DNA of 64,000 nt, from assembly GCA_047495785.1 (NCBI GenBank), contig JBLDXI010000013.1:4464001-4528000 (forward strand), written 5' to 3'. Positions 1-13,430 of this stretch are shown piece after piece. The notes under the pieces are model-generated. The model saw only the letters and a list, made by a program, of their open reading frames with translations, was not told the origin of the DNA and ran no database searches. This DNA is from Lepidodermella squamata (Eukaryota > Animalia > Gastrotricha). Made by a program: the position numbers and the translations under genes. Each line of letters opens with the position of its first letter. Within the stretch, counting starts at the first letter, position 1.

Positions 1-20
1 TTGTTTCTTCTGAAACTTAC

Positions 21-715
21 ATAATACGGCACGCATTCGGAATCGTGCCAATGAAATAGCCGCCCGGTTTCAGGTATTCAGCCGCATTTCTGAACATCTG
101 ATCAGCACGTTCGGGCGTTTCAAACGAGTAGTGAAACGAAAACTGGCACGAAACCAAGTGAAACTCAAACGGCCAAAGCACGTCGCCGGTATTCGCCGAA
201 GTCGCTTTTTCCAGCACGTTTTCTTTCGCGCAATCAGCAACAATGAACGAGGCGTCGAAAGTACCGCGACGGCTGCTTTTCCGCTTGTGGTCTTGATACC
301 GAGACTGGCACTCTTCGACAGATTTAGCGGCCAAATCTGCAAACATCACGTGCTTCACCTCGTGTTTCGCCCATTTTTGCAAATCGCCGCCTTTACCACA
401 CTTGGAAAATGGAAAAAAAATATTAAAAAAATAACCCAAAAAGAAAAATATTCCATACAGCTAAATCAAAGACGAAAATGCGTTTCGTATCATCAGGAAA
501 GGATTCTCTTGACCGTAATACAAATTTAGCTGCGAAAAAATAAGATGTACATATTTTTCAATTTATAAATTATTTTTCGTACATATTAAAACAGCTTTCA
601 ACCAGTTATTAAAATTTCGAAGTTGTAAAATCGGGCTACTATGTCGGTTAGCAAGTCCTATACTCTGCCGGTTATTGTAATGTTCAGATACGATCGATTC
701 ACCAACAAGAGACAT
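21..715 (-). CDS. RNMT: mRNA cap guanine-N7 methyltransferase, 5' part; the gene continues off the left edge. Exons 715-583, 529-459, 400-21
   Basis: The spliced translation MSLVGESIVSEHYNNRQ...LRNFNNWLKAVLI|SKFV...VFDLA|CGKGGDLQKW...VSCQFSFHYSFET...LKPGGYFIGTIP carries the Abd1/RNMT hallmark motifs. GT-AG junctions keep the frame. Confidence 0.95.
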
Positions 716-828
716 AATATAACTAAAATCGGAAAAAAATCAAAATTAAACTTAATTAAAATCACATAACTTTATTTCACGATCTAATCGTTCAATTGAA
801 AATCAACATTTTTATTCGAGAAAATTAA

Positions 829-2020
829 TTAATTAGCAGGTGGAAGCTGGATTTTCTCGCCGGGTTTGAAAGGCGGCATGCCCAGATAAGGGCACGAAGA
901 GCATCGAAAAGCATCGCCAAGATAGCACTAAAAAAATTACAGAATAATATGAATAATTGATCAAGATTTACGCTAAAATTACATTTCCACACGCCGATTT
1001 CGGTTGATCAGCAGCTTTTTCGCCCTTTTCGAGCTCCTCTGCCAAACCACAGGTACAATTTTTGCAAGCTCGCTTTTTCCCACCGTCAGAAGTTCCACAA
1101 TCAAATTCTATTGAACAGAAAATTATTTCTTGATAGAAATTGAGGGTTGAAAATCGAACTTTTGTCGATTTCAGAGGCAGCTGGAGTTGGTTTCTTGCGA
1201 TCTTCAGCGGTTAACAGGGTATCAGTATCGATCAAATCGTCATCGTTCAGCGTCCAAACGTTGCCATTTGATGTCGCCGTTCCGGTTTGACCATCGACAA
1301 AACCAAAAGCCCGGCTCCATGGTTGATCGGGAACTTTAGCCTCTGAAAATTCGCAAAAATGTATTTTCGTCCAATATCGATAATAAGGCTATTCCTACTC
1401 CCACGTAAAAACTACGGCGCAATAATCAAATTAGGGTCCTGCAAGCCGAAATGTCAAGTTTGACAAGGCAATTGTACATTTTCAATTAGACAAATTGTGA
1501 GATATAGCGCATTCGTATTAAAATATTGCGCTTTTTTTAGGTCTCGTCTAGTCCCTTTTAGGTTATAGAAATTGTCCTTACTTCCAAGGCGAGCACCGGA
1601 TCCAATCGCAACGCCAGGCTTTTCAGCCAATATAAAATCAGAGTTTGTCAATGCATCGACCTTAAATCCATTCAGCATCATTTTCGAAGCAATTTGGTTA
1701 GAATCATCGCCTTTCCTAATCAATAAATGACCTCCAGGTGCCAATAGCTCGTAACACCGAGCCACTAAATCATCCCCCAAGGTGAAAGAAGTCGGATAAC
1801 CAGCCAAAATGGCGTGAAGAGTTTCGTTTTGGAGGAACGCTTTCATAATAAAATCTTTGTTTTCGAATGAAACGTGGCATGGCAGTTGGTCACAGGCCGT
1901 TTTCAAGTCGCCAAGCTTCGCCTGGTCAGCAGATTGTTGATCAGCTGCAGCAGCCGACCATATAACTAACAGCTTTTGATTGGCTTGAATTTTCGCCAAG
2001 TTCAAAATTTCTTGAGCCAT
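829..2020 (-). CDS. CIAPIN1: Anamorsin (CIAPIN1/Dre2), cytosolic Fe-S cluster assembly factor. 4 exons (about 2020-1582, 1342-1160, 1107-983, 927-829)
   Basis: N-terminal methyltransferase-like domain (LAPGGHL), acidic linker [15 protein letters not shown], and Cys motifs [15 protein letters not shown] and [32 protein letters not shown]. Confidence 0.95.
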
Positions 2021-2931
2021 TTTTAAATGAATAAATTCAGGTATATACCTAAAGCAAAATTAAGAGTTTTGTGCAGCGTTTTTATTCCCTTCTTCCGAGA
2101 GCATTTTCAACGCAAAATCATTTTTCGTTACAATTTCACATAATTTTTCACGTATTCAAGATTCAATTATCAATATTTCATCTCATAACATTACTACAAT
2201 AATATTTGTGTACATATATATATATTTCATATATATAATAGATGTAGTTTGAAGATGAGCAGCCTCTCATTATTTCTCAAGCAGCTAGCGTTTTTCAAGC
2301 AAGCTGGCCTCACAAATTTCAGGTTCGTTCCCATTCATATATATACGCACAATATTCAGTAAAAGATGCAGGTAATAATTATCATTGATATCACGTTCAG
2401 AAAAAACATAATTATCTCGAAAATACAAGCAAACGAGAAAACAGTGTGGACAGCAAAAAATTAGAAGAAGCACTCGGACAAATGTGTGAATATTATTCAA
2501 CTGACTAAATATTTCGTCGAACACAAAGGTGGCGTCGGACTACTATGCACATGTATATTTACGATCTTGGATATATATGATGATATAATGTATCGATATT
2601 GTTCCTCAATGTCTCAAGATCAAGCGAACAACTCAGGTTTTCATCTCGTGAACTTTTATTCTTTATTATCAGCAAGGCGACGACTCTTTCGCGCATCAAT
2701 AAAAACTGAAATATACCGACTACTAATCTGCAATAGATTGAATAAGTACACGGGAACAATAATAGTATTTCAGGAGATCCCTTCAATTATGTTCAAAGGC
2801 ACACCTATTATCATCGCGTGTAAAGTGGATTATGTATTTTTGGAAACATTAGTGCACATGTTGTTGAACATATTTCTAAAAAGATGCACGCCGAACTCGT
2901 CTTCCAACTAGGTAGTTAACATTGAAAACAT

Positions 2932-4326
2932 CTAGCTAGCGTGGCATTGCACGCCTCCTCGAGGACCGCCCGCCTCGTCGTCGTCCGAATCTGCACCGTA
3001 GGCTTCTCGTCGCTCGCTATTTCCCTCGCCGCGAGTCATGTCGATTGGCATCATATTCACATCCATCACATTTTCACCCGGAGGAGGAATGGTAACATCG
3101 TCGGGCTTTGGTAGTAATCGGGCAATTTTCTACAAAATAACAAATTGTTTATATACAAAATATGAGCACGACATTGAAGGCTCACCTCCAAAGCAGGTTC
3201 GGGGGCGAAGTTATTTTCAGGAAATTCGACAGTAAATTTAATAATAAGATGGCCTTTCGAGGTCGTGTCTTTGTAGTATGGCATGCCTTCGTGGCGAATG
3301 ATTTGCATTGAGTTAGGAGCTACGACATTTCCGGGAGCGCTAGTAATCATGAGCGTTTGTCCACTGAGATGCTTGACCGGGCGTTTAAAGCCACACAAGG
3401 CTTCTGTGAGACTGATCGTCATTTCCATGTACAAATCGTTGGCCTCGCGTTTGAAAATTTCGTGTTCCACTTGTTGAACGACAACTATCACGTCTCCGGG
3501 CTCCATACCAGGCTATATAATCAAACGTACAAGTTAGATCATCGATACTTCAAGATTAATACGAATTACCTCTTGATTGCCTTCGTTATAAAGAACGACT
3601 TTCAAACCGTGGTAAGAGCCGGGTCCAATAGCTACTTCTCTCACAACTTCTTCTTCAACTGTTCTTGCACCTTTGCAAGTCTTGCATCGGTCGCGTTCGT
3701 TGATCACTCTGCCTTCTCCATGGCAGTCGGAGCAAGTCGACTGCATTTGTTGAATAAAACCTGGCGCCAGCTGTTGCACTGTAATTTTGACACCGTTACC
3801 TCGGCAACCTTGGCAAGTCTGCATAGCACCGGCTTTGCCTCCTTGACCATTGCATTTGTGGCATAGAACCATCTTTCTCAATTTTAGCTTAGCTGTCTTG
3901 CCGCGGTAGAGCTCTTCCAACGTGGCTTTGAGGGGATAAACAGAAGACTGGCCTTTATTTCTTCCACGGCGGCCACCCATTCCACCTCCACCAAACATGC
4001 CGCCAAAGAGCTCTTCAAAGATTGAGCCAAAACCAGCCCCTCCACCACCTGCACCTTCTTTCAAACCTTCTAGGCCGTACCGATCATAGGTCGACCGCTT
4101 CTGAGGGTCTGAGAGAATTTCGTAGGCGAAGCTGATTTCTTTGAACTAAATAAAATATTCTGATATTTACGAAAGAACAAAGCAAATTGGATCAAACCTT
4201 ATCACCATGGTCCTTGTTTTTGTCTGGATGATATTGTTTAGCAGCTTTGTGGTAAGCCTTCTTTATCTCTGATTCTGACGCGTTTCTCGCAACACCCAGC
4301 AGTTCATACAGGTAGTTGTCCGCCAT
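2932..4326 (-). CDS. DNAJA: DnaJ/Hsp40 subfamily A co-chaperone. 4 exons (about 4326-4198, 4146-3569, 3512-3186, 3130-2932)
   Basis: J domain with HPD ([25 protein letters not shown]), G/F-rich region, four CxxCxGxG zinc-finger repeats, C-terminal domain, and a terminal CaaX box GVQCHAS*. Confidence 0.95.
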
Positions 4327-5392
4327 TATGAGAACAAAATCAAATATAAAATGAGAAACCTAACAAAAATAACGATTTAGCACAAGCCAGCAGTGCATCA
4401 TGTATCATGTAAGTACATCCCCCGATTGGCTCAAAAATCATCCTGACCAAGAGCACAGAGCAATAAATTAGAAAATATACTTAAGCATATCAGCATATCG
4501 CTCACGGCGCGGAAGAACCATCCGTTCAAGCAAAAAATATGATGTTTAGATATGGCTTTTTAGTTTTAAGTGCTGATTCTTCCGCGCCACAAACGATATG
4601 GCAACTGTCTCTCCACCAAGTTCTTCAGAAAATAAGATCAAACAGCTCTACTGTCGCGTACCTCGTCCAAGATCGAACTTACGCTCTTCAGCTAACATCG
4701 ATTAACGTCCAATGTCTACAGATAGATGTCTACGGTGAACCAAGCGGAAAGCAGAGAGCAGAAAGCGGACAAGATTCGAAAGAAAAAAGACGGCTAAAAA
4801 AGACGCGCGCGTTTTTTCTGGAAATTTAAATTTTGCAAAATTCATTTAGTTGTGGAAACTGCAATTTTTACCTTCAAAAAAATACATCGTTTTGCGGATT
4901 TCAAGGACGCAAAAATGACATTTTTTCGGCATGTTTCGGCTCGCAAATCGCTGAGTCGCAAAATGTCTCGCTGGTACTGCGATGACTAACGTTCGCAAAT
5001 ACCTAAATGTTATGGCTTTCCAAGAAATCTAGAACCACTGCCCACTGCGCACTACGCACCTATACTGCTCAAGATTTTTAGGCTTTTGCGGATGCTTATG
5101 CGCATGGCTCTAACCGCCAATAAAATTGTTATTATTAACTTGTTAAACTCCAAATTAACGAAATTCCAGGGCGAGTCAAAGCTTTAGGAGAAATGAGAAG
5201 TCGGATTTTTCATCATTCATCATTCATCATTTGATATTGGAGCCTTGTTTATACTTCTGCTTCATGCTTCATTTAGATTATGCCGCTGACCGCTGACACT
5301 CTGCTTGAAACTCGTTATGCTCTGTACTTAGCCACTTTCATGAATTATGTTACTATACGTTCAAGACTCATTTGTCATTGATTAGAGCGTAA
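4327..5392. promoter_or_regulatory. Divergent (bidirectional) intergenic region between DNAJA and MAT2B
   Basis: Head-to-head gene arrangement about 1.07 kb apart. No specific element could be confirmed. Confidence 0.5.
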
Positions 5393-6307
5393 ATGCCAGT
5401 TATCATCGTCAGCGGGGCAACTGGTTTGCTCGGTCGTGCAGTGCTTGATGTGTTGAAAAAAAATCTGCCAGATGCTCAGGTTATTGGACTAGGATTTTCA
5501 AGATGTCCCGATGGAATTAAGAAATGTGATTTAACTGTGGAGAGTGAAGTGGCGCTACTATTTTCTGAGCTAAAACCCGCTGTATTCGTGCACTGCGCGG
5601 CTGAGCGGCGCCCAGATATCGTGGAAAGTGGAAATCCATCAGCTAAAGCTGTGAATCTTTCAGCCACGGAGATTTTGGCGGCTAAATGCTCACAGGCGAA
5701 TGCTGTTATGATTTTCATGGGCTCTGATTATGTTTTTGATGGAACTAGCCCTCCTTACTCGGAGTCTGCATCTCCTAACCCACTGAATACTTACGGTAAT
5801 CAGAAACTCGAAGGAGAGAAAATCGTGCTTGCAGCTAGCCCTCGTAACATTGTTATACGTATCCCAGTGTTGTATGGGCCATTAGATCCGAATTATGGAC
5901 TTGACGAAAGCTCTGTTACTACGCTTTTCAAAGCCGTGAAAAACAACACTGCGCCAGCTAAAATGGATCATGTGGCTATCCGTGTACCCACTCTAACAAC
6001 AGATATAGCTAAAGTTATGTTGAACATAATTTGTGGAATATTGGCTAGCAATGAAAAGATCAGTGGCATTCTACATGTTAGTGCCGCCGAAACCTTTACT
6101 AAATATGAGATTGCATGTCGCATGGGAGCGCTGTTTGGATTGCCAACTAATCATCTGATCGCCGATAAAGAGTCCGCATTTACTGCCGGTACTCGTCGTC
6201 CTATAGATTGCAAGCTATCATGCGATCGAGCTCGTGAACTTGGTCTAATGGTTGAGATGACTAGCTTCGATGAAGGCATCAAGTATTGCTTGGCCCCGTT
6301 CCGTTGA
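5393..6307 (+). CDS. MAT2B: Methionine adenosyltransferase II beta subunit (RmlD-like SDR fold), single coding exon
   Basis: GATGLLGRAV Rossmann motif, HCAAERRPD, SDYVFDG, PNPLNTYGNQK (YxxxK), IRIPVLYG, FDEGIKYCLAPF. Confidence 0.92.
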   Translation: MPVIIVSGATGLLGRAVLDVLKKNLPDAQVIGLGFSRCPDGIKKCDLTVESEVALLFSELKPAVFVHCAAERRPDIVESGNPSAKAVNLSATEILAAKCSQANAVMIFMGSDYVFDGTSPPYSESASPNPLNTYGNQKLEGEKIVLAASPRNIVIRIPVLYGPLDPNYGLDESSVTTLFKAVKNNTAPAKMDHVAIRVPTLTTDIAKVMLNIICGILASNEKISGILHVSAAETFTKYEIACRMGALFGLPTNHLIADKESAFTAGTRRPIDCKLSCDRARELGLMVEMTSFDEGIKYCLAPFR

Positions 6308-6440
6308 ACATACAGAAAAATAACTTATGAAGAGATGAATTATTTTTGCGATGTTTACAACCTTTCTCCGGTCTTTGGTGATAATACTAAACTTGATATT
6401 TTCATTATTATTGTTTATAGCTGCCTTGGCCGTCGCCATA

Positions 6441-9400
6441 ATGCGGCCATATTATTTAAGTTGTTTATTGTTATTCGCAATTTTTCCGGATCAACTCCTC
6501 TCGCAATCAGCCGTGAATGACCAAGTGCCAACAGCGATTCGCTATGATCCTATCCAGAACATTGTCTTTGACTCTGGATCAGGTGGCGTCCGCCAAATTC
6601 GAGACCCGATCTACTTCATCACGGCGCCTCGCCGGGTTCGACCGGGCATGATTATCGTAATCAGTGCAACAATTCTGCGGATCGATCCTTACCCAGCAGT
6701 AACCGTGAGAGCCTACCTCAAAGCCAAAGAGGCTGACATCGGTTATGTGATGGCTGAGGAGACTTTCAATCGCAAGGGAACTAGGCAGCTTAGAATTTTG
6801 GTAATTAATATTCAACTATTGAGCCTGTTTGAAATAACGCATTTTCTTTGTTAGATGCCTCTCAATTCTCTACCAGCCAATTACACGATGAGAATTGAAG
6901 GCTATATTGGTGCTTCTAACGATACTCGTTCTCAATTGTGGGCTGAAGATCAGCCGCTACTGTTTTATCGGAAACAAGTATCGGTCTTTGTCCAAACTGA
7001 TAAACCGATATATCGTCAAGGAGAGACAGGTATGATAAAAATTTGCCTCTAAAAATTGTTTCAAAATGAATTTTACACTAGTGCGTTTTCGTGTAATTTG
7101 CGTCGAGCCGAATCTACTGCCAAAAGCCAGTGTAATCGATGTCTACCTCAAAGACCCGAACGGCATTCAAATACGACGTTGGAAAGCTCAGCAAACAATT
7201 TTAGGCGTCGTCGAACAACAGTTCGATATAAACGACCGACCAAAGTACGGGACGTGGTCCATTCAAGTCGACGCACTCGGATTTTTATCGGAAAAAACGT
7301 TTGAAATCGAGGAGTTTTGGCTGCCTCGATTTTCAGTCAACGTTTCAATGCCGCCATTTATAAGCGCGGATGGTTACGCTTTGGTCGGAACTTTGATGGC
7401 TAACCACACAGCTGGTATTGCTGTTCGAGGCTCGGCTAATTTGACGCTTTGCGTTCGAGATAACCCGCATTATAGAAATACGCTGCAATCTAGCGGGGAA
7501 CCAGACCCGGATTGCGGTGGCTATCCCTCATACGGAAAAATGCGGCGTGAATTGCAACTGTTCACCGGCACTCGAGACTTCATATTTCCGATGGAAGAAA
7601 TTCGAAATCAAACGCAGATACGAGGGAGAACTTGGATAAATAAGCAAATCGTGGTGAATGCCTCGGTTTTCGACTGGTTTTACAAGGAAATACGCTACGG
7701 CTGGGGTATAGCTAACGTATTCGAGAACAAGATCGAGCTGAAGTTTTTGGGCGATAAAGTTCGCACGTTCAAACCCGGTCTTCCCTTCGTTGTCTACGTC
7801 GCGGCTATGTCACCCTTCGGCTCTCCGATCCCGCGTGAATACCAGCAAAACGTGACCTTTGAAATGAACGTTCAGGGTCAGCAAGTGATACGCGCCAGTG
7901 ACAATGTGGCTAGGCTGAACGAAGAAAGTTTGACTTATTTCGAGGTCGTACCGGCTGAAGGGACGATTTCGTTGACTATTCGAGCATGGTATGGCGGCTA
8001 CCAGTCACTCTACGTCGAAATGCGTGCATTCAGGTTTGCGGCTATAAATTTTATGAATTTTCAAAATTTCAAAACTATTCAATTTCGAATTTGGTTAATT
8101 TTTAATGAATTTTTCAGATACTACACTCGTCAAGATCGGCAGAAGTACATTACTATCAGTTCTTCAACAATGTACCCTCGAGTCGATCAATACATGGTTT
8201 TCACCGTCCAAACCACGGAGCCAGTCGACGAAGTGCATTATCAGATTATTTCAAACGGAAATATCGCCGTAACTGATTCGATGCAAATGGCTTCGACCCA
8301 GAAAACGTTCGCCGTTGCGTTGTCACGAGACATGGCCGCATCATCGCACATCCTTGTCTACTATTTCGACCCGAATGGCGAGGTTGTAGTCGATGGGATG
8401 AACTTTTTCGTCAACGGAACCGGCGAAAATGACGTTCAGTTGAAATTCAACCGCGGCAAAGATTTCAGCCAGCATTCAGTCGAAGTTATCGCGGTCTCTG
8501 AGCCAGGCTCCCTCGTCTCATTCCAAGCCGTTGACTACGAAATTTTCCTGAGAGGCGGCGGTGGTTCTCTGCTTATCGAGTCTGATATTTTGGATGAATT
8601 GGCGACTTACGACGAGCATGCGAATTCGAGTTTCCGCCACACCTGGATTTACCCGAATCGTTTGAGGAAGACTTTCTACTTTTCGTCACCAACTTACGCC
8701 CACGACGCGAACAGCACGTTCTTGTACGCTGGTCTGCTGGTTTTCAGTGATGCGAACGTGACTGAAATCGAGCATAACTGCAACGTTAGCCTCGGCCAAT
8801 TCCCGTGCTATGACGGCTCGCCATCGACGTGTTTCCCGGCCTCGGCTCGATGCAATGGGCATAAGGACTGTCAGAACTGGCGTGATGAGATGGGCTGTGA
8901 GAAGGAGGCGCCGTATAATCAATCGCATTGGCTTGAATTGTTCTCGCGACATGATTTGCACTACGTCCCTTACAACTGGATGTGGTCGAAATCTTTCGTC
9001 AAATCTTATGGACAAGTAGAATTCAAGGTAAAAATTTCGACTTAGCATCGACAATTTTTAATAAATTTAGGAAATTAAATTGAATTCTGAATTCTGAAAA
9101 TTGCTCCATTTGTTTTTATTTTGAAAATCTTGAACATTTGATTTCTGGTTTTATTTAGCTGAATTTTCATTTCGTTTCAGTTCAATTCGAATCCAACATT
9201 TTATGAATTTAATTTTGGATGTAAACATTTCTTAAAATCAATTTTGGCTCTCGCCAATATAGACAAAAATGTAAAAAATTACGAACGATTTCGTATTTAT
9301 TTTTCTCTAATTTATTAAGGTGATTTTTTTGTAAACAAAATTAACGAATTTTATTTTTATTTTCAAGGTGGATATTCCGATGTTACCGCGAGTTTGGCTT

Positions 9401-12400
9401 ATCAACGCGTTCAGTATTTCGCCACTGAACGGTCTCGGAATTCCGACTGTTCCAACGCTCTTCTCCGGCATCCGACCCTTCTACATCGTCGTCGAAACTC
9501 CCGAAGTCATCACGCTGGGCGAACAAATCGGTGTCCGAATCGCCATTTTCAACTACTGGCACTACTACCTAGAAAGCGTAGTAGTCCTCCACAAATCGCC
9601 CGACTACAAATTCGTCCGAGTTCGAGACTTCGGTGCTGTTAGTTCTTACTCACCCGAGTTGGGCACAGGTGACATGCACACCCTACTGTGGCTGAACCCA
9701 GGTCAATCGACCTACATTTTCATGCCCTGCATCCCGCGCCGCCTCGGCAATGTCGACATTGCAGTGTCAGTCTACAGTTTCTACGCGCAATATTCAGTCA
9801 CGAAAACAGTCATCGTCCAGGCGAATTCAGTCGCCGACTACTACCACACGCCGTACCTGGTCGATTTAACAGACATGGGTGGCCAAAACGCACCTGATTT
9901 CCTCATCCCAGTGCCGCAAAACTTCCTACTACCCGATCGCCGTGAGCATCTGTACGTACCCGGCTCGCAAAAGGCGATCATTTCATTTGTCGGCGACGTT
10001 TTCGGCGCTGCGATCAACAACTTCGCGCTAGACGCTGAACACGCGCTGGAAATGCCGTACGGCAGCGGTGAGAACAACATGTTCAACTACGCTATCAACA
10101 TCTACGCGATGAAGTACCTGAAAATCGTCAACCAACTGTCGATCCCACTGCGCCGTCGCACGTTCGAGTTTCTGTACAAGACCCTGCAGCGGCAAATGGC
10201 TTACATGAGCGTGAATGGGTCGTTCTCAATGTTCCTCGACGAACATCGCCCATCGACCTGGTTGACGTCGTTCGTTCTTCAAACGCTGCTAGAAGCCGTT
10301 GAGGAGCGTGACTGGCAGGACGAGTTTTTCATCTCGGGTAATTTGATCAATCTAGTCGCGAACTGGCTGTGCGAGCAACAGAACAAGACCACCGGGGCTT
10401 ATGTCGATCACGGGCCTATGCATGATATGAAAATGTGGGCGAATTATACTCAGATGAGAAATGAAGAACGGGCGCAGTTAGATAACGTGTCCTTAACAGC
10501 TTATGTTCTGATTTCGATGCAAAAACATCAGTTTTTGAGTGGACCGGCGCGTAGTTGCGCGGAGGCGTCGAAAAAACTGGCGACTAGTTACCTCGAGCAG
10601 AAGCTGGACAACATCACCGACCCGTTCCAAATCGCCCTGGTCACCTACGCCCTGCACACGACGTCGAGTAATTTGAGAAACGCGGCGTTTTTCAAGATGA
10701 GAGACGCGCGTTACGCGAATTGCGGCTCGCTTAAGGAGTGTTGGTACTGGGCGGATCAGTTGATCCAGCCGCAGAATCAGGAGGTTCGAGACACCCGTAT
10801 CACGCTGCACTACCACGACCCGGCCATTAACAAGGGCAGCGCGGTTCAGGCATCGGCCTACGCTATGATGGTCTACCTCCAAAACGGCGACTTCCAATCA
10901 GCCATGCAAATTATGAGGTGGATTCAAACGCAGCGGCAAACGCATTTCGGTTTCGGCTCGAGTCAGGACACGATCGTCGCCCTTCAATCGCTGGCTGAGT
11001 ATGCGCAACGTGATATCACTCGTGTGCTGTTTAACATGAATTTGACTGTTGAGAGCCAGTCGCAAGTTCGTTGGCGCGATTCGATCAATTTGACGATGGA
11101 TAATTACGCTCTGATGCGGTTTACGACCGTTCCGGCTGAAGCGGCGTTTTTGACTGTTCGAAACGTTCTCGACGGTATCGGCATGGGGCTGTTACAGATG
11201 ACGACGTGGAAAAATGTCGAGTACACGTTTTTGATCCGCCAGCCGCAGGTCGGGCCGCTTTTCTTGCTCGAGAATTTCAACGAATCGCTCGTATTTTCTG
11301 GGTTCAATTCGTCGATTTTGAACATGAGGCCGTGTGTTCGCTACGTTGGCGGCTTGGGCAACGACCAGAATGACCCGAAATACTACCAGAAATTGAGGAC
11401 TGGTTTAGCGGTTTTGGAGGTCTATTTGCCGTCTGGTTACATTGCGATCAACAGTACGCTGAATCGAATGGTGCAAGAGATGCAGGACGAGGAACGATTT
11501 TATGGCCGGATTCCGAGAATTAGAAGAGCAGAATGTTATTTCGGAAAAATAGTCTACTACTTTGACTACGTGAGTTATATTGCTGATTTATTATGTTTCA
11601 TTCAGTTTAAATTTGAAATTCGGTTTGTCCCAGAGATTGATTGTAGAATGTTGTTGAAATTATCCCCACAGTAGCGGTCATATATTCGGCAAAGCTAATG
11701 AGAATTTGAGAGGAATTTCGTTAAACGATTTTTGGAATTTTTTTTAATTATCTTAACCAATCGTGTATCAGAAACCTGTAAGATTCAATTTCATGATAAT
11801 TCGAAAAATTTCGCCAAAATGCTGCTTAATTTCGAAAGAATTTTTTTCTTGATTTTGTTAAAGAAGTTGTAATTGATATACCTAATCATTTAGGTAGGTT
11901 TCATAAATGAGGAATCAAAAATCCTAATTAAATTTGAGAAATTCATGTCGATAATTAAGGTGGATCAAGTTGTAAAATGGCCTCTGTAAATTCTCTGGAT
12001 AATTTCTTATTTTCCATTAAATTTGACTTGCATTTTTGTAATTTTCCGTCGCTTTTGAAAAATTTATATTCGACTTTTTCTAATTTCCATAATTTCTTTT
12101 TCCCTCGCAGTTGGATCCAGAGCCAACGTGTATACACGTTCAAGCCGAGCGTTGGTGGCCCGTCGCAAATATGACCATCCACCATAAAATCCGAGTTTTC
12201 GACTACTACGAACCAGGCCGATACAACTACTCGCTGTACGAGTCGTACGATCTTTTCAACCTCAACATTTGCAAGGTTTGCGGCTCGTTCCAGTGCCCGT
12301 ACTGCCTGTGGTACAATCACGCCTCAGCCTTGCTAAGACCTCGCGTCATCCTACTACTCGCCCTCGTTATTGTTGCTCTATTCTGCTCGAGACAGGCCGG

Positions 12401-12443
12401 AACATTCGGGCATCACCAACCTGCTTCAAATATATTGTTTTAA
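6441..12443 (+). CDS. Mcr: Macroglobulin complement-related thioester-family protein (Mcr/TEP6, CD109-like). Exons 6441-6800, 6855-7029, 7082-8033, 8118-9027, 9368-11569, 12111-12443
   Basis: Signal peptide, MG domains (VFVQTDKPIYRQGETVRFRV, FEIEEFWLPRFSVNV), an LDLa module (about 8779-8898), a degenerate thioester site PYGSGENNM, FGSSQDT, a receptor-binding domain (VFDYYEP), CKVCGSFQCPYC and a C-terminal hydrophobic anchor. Confidence 0.9.
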
Positions 12444-13430
12444 ATCGCGGAAAAATTGTTGAATGAAAAATTTTATTCGGTTCTCATTCCAAAAACGACT
12501 TCCTCCTTTTATATAGCACGCTTTCTTACAATAATGGTGTAACCAAAAAATTCATCGTATATTATTATTATTAATAATAATCTAGTGAGCATTAAAATGC
12601 TTGTAATTGTTGCGCTTTTTTATGGTGAGAAAAGCTTCAAAACGAAACATGGTTGTGAATTGCAGAAATTTTCTGTGTAACTAATCAATTTTTCAGCGCG
12701 CAATTTGGTCGTTTTTTGATACTTCATCTTTGCTCTTTTCATGGTCCGAGGTTGTGATTGCACCTTGAAATTAACTTACCTTTGGCTTGCACGCGTATCG
12801 AGGCCAATTTTTGCTGCTGAGCTTTTTTCTACTCGCGGTTGTGTATATTAAAAATTGAAATTTTTTGCTTTATTATTGAAATTATCGACGAATTTTGAAT
12901 AAATTCACTTTCTTCCATCGCATGGTTGTGGACGCGTTGTTGTGCGTTGCTACTTTCTATTCAACGACTTATGCTATTTTATACCTGAGTAACGCAAGTT
13001 TTTTTGGATGTTTCCGAATTCTTCAATAACCTTGTTGTTGTTGTCTTTACAATTGTCTCGTGCATGCGTTTATATTAAGAGGAAACAACATTTTAATCTA
13101 TTACTGTACATCACTTTTACGAAAAAGACAGCAAAAATCAATAAATTGCCAAATGTCGACGTTTATTCGCGTTTTTTCCGCCAGTTGCCACAGCTCGATT
13201 GAGGATTTTGTAAAATAGTTCGGTTAAATGAAAATTTTATTAACCGAAAAAATTATACAAATCTCATACGCAGAGACTTGGTTGGGTGTGATCATTTTTG
13301 TTTCTATCTTCGTTACATAGCAAAACAAGTGACCAGAGTAAGCACTCAAGCTAAAATTTTGATTTGCATTATTAAATCGAGTGCTCCTCAAAACGGAAAT
13401 CTCCGTTGTTCAGCAAATTTGGCATGCATA

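Noticed and set aside
2285-2911. ORFs of 75-141 aa between DNAJA and anamorsin
   Set aside because: No motifs, AT-rich composition and a position consistent with the DNAJA 3' UTR.
4600-5040. Possible heat-shock elements upstream of DNAJA (TTCTGGAA, TCTAGAA)
   Set aside because: Only two-unit matches; no convincing array of three alternating nGAAn units.
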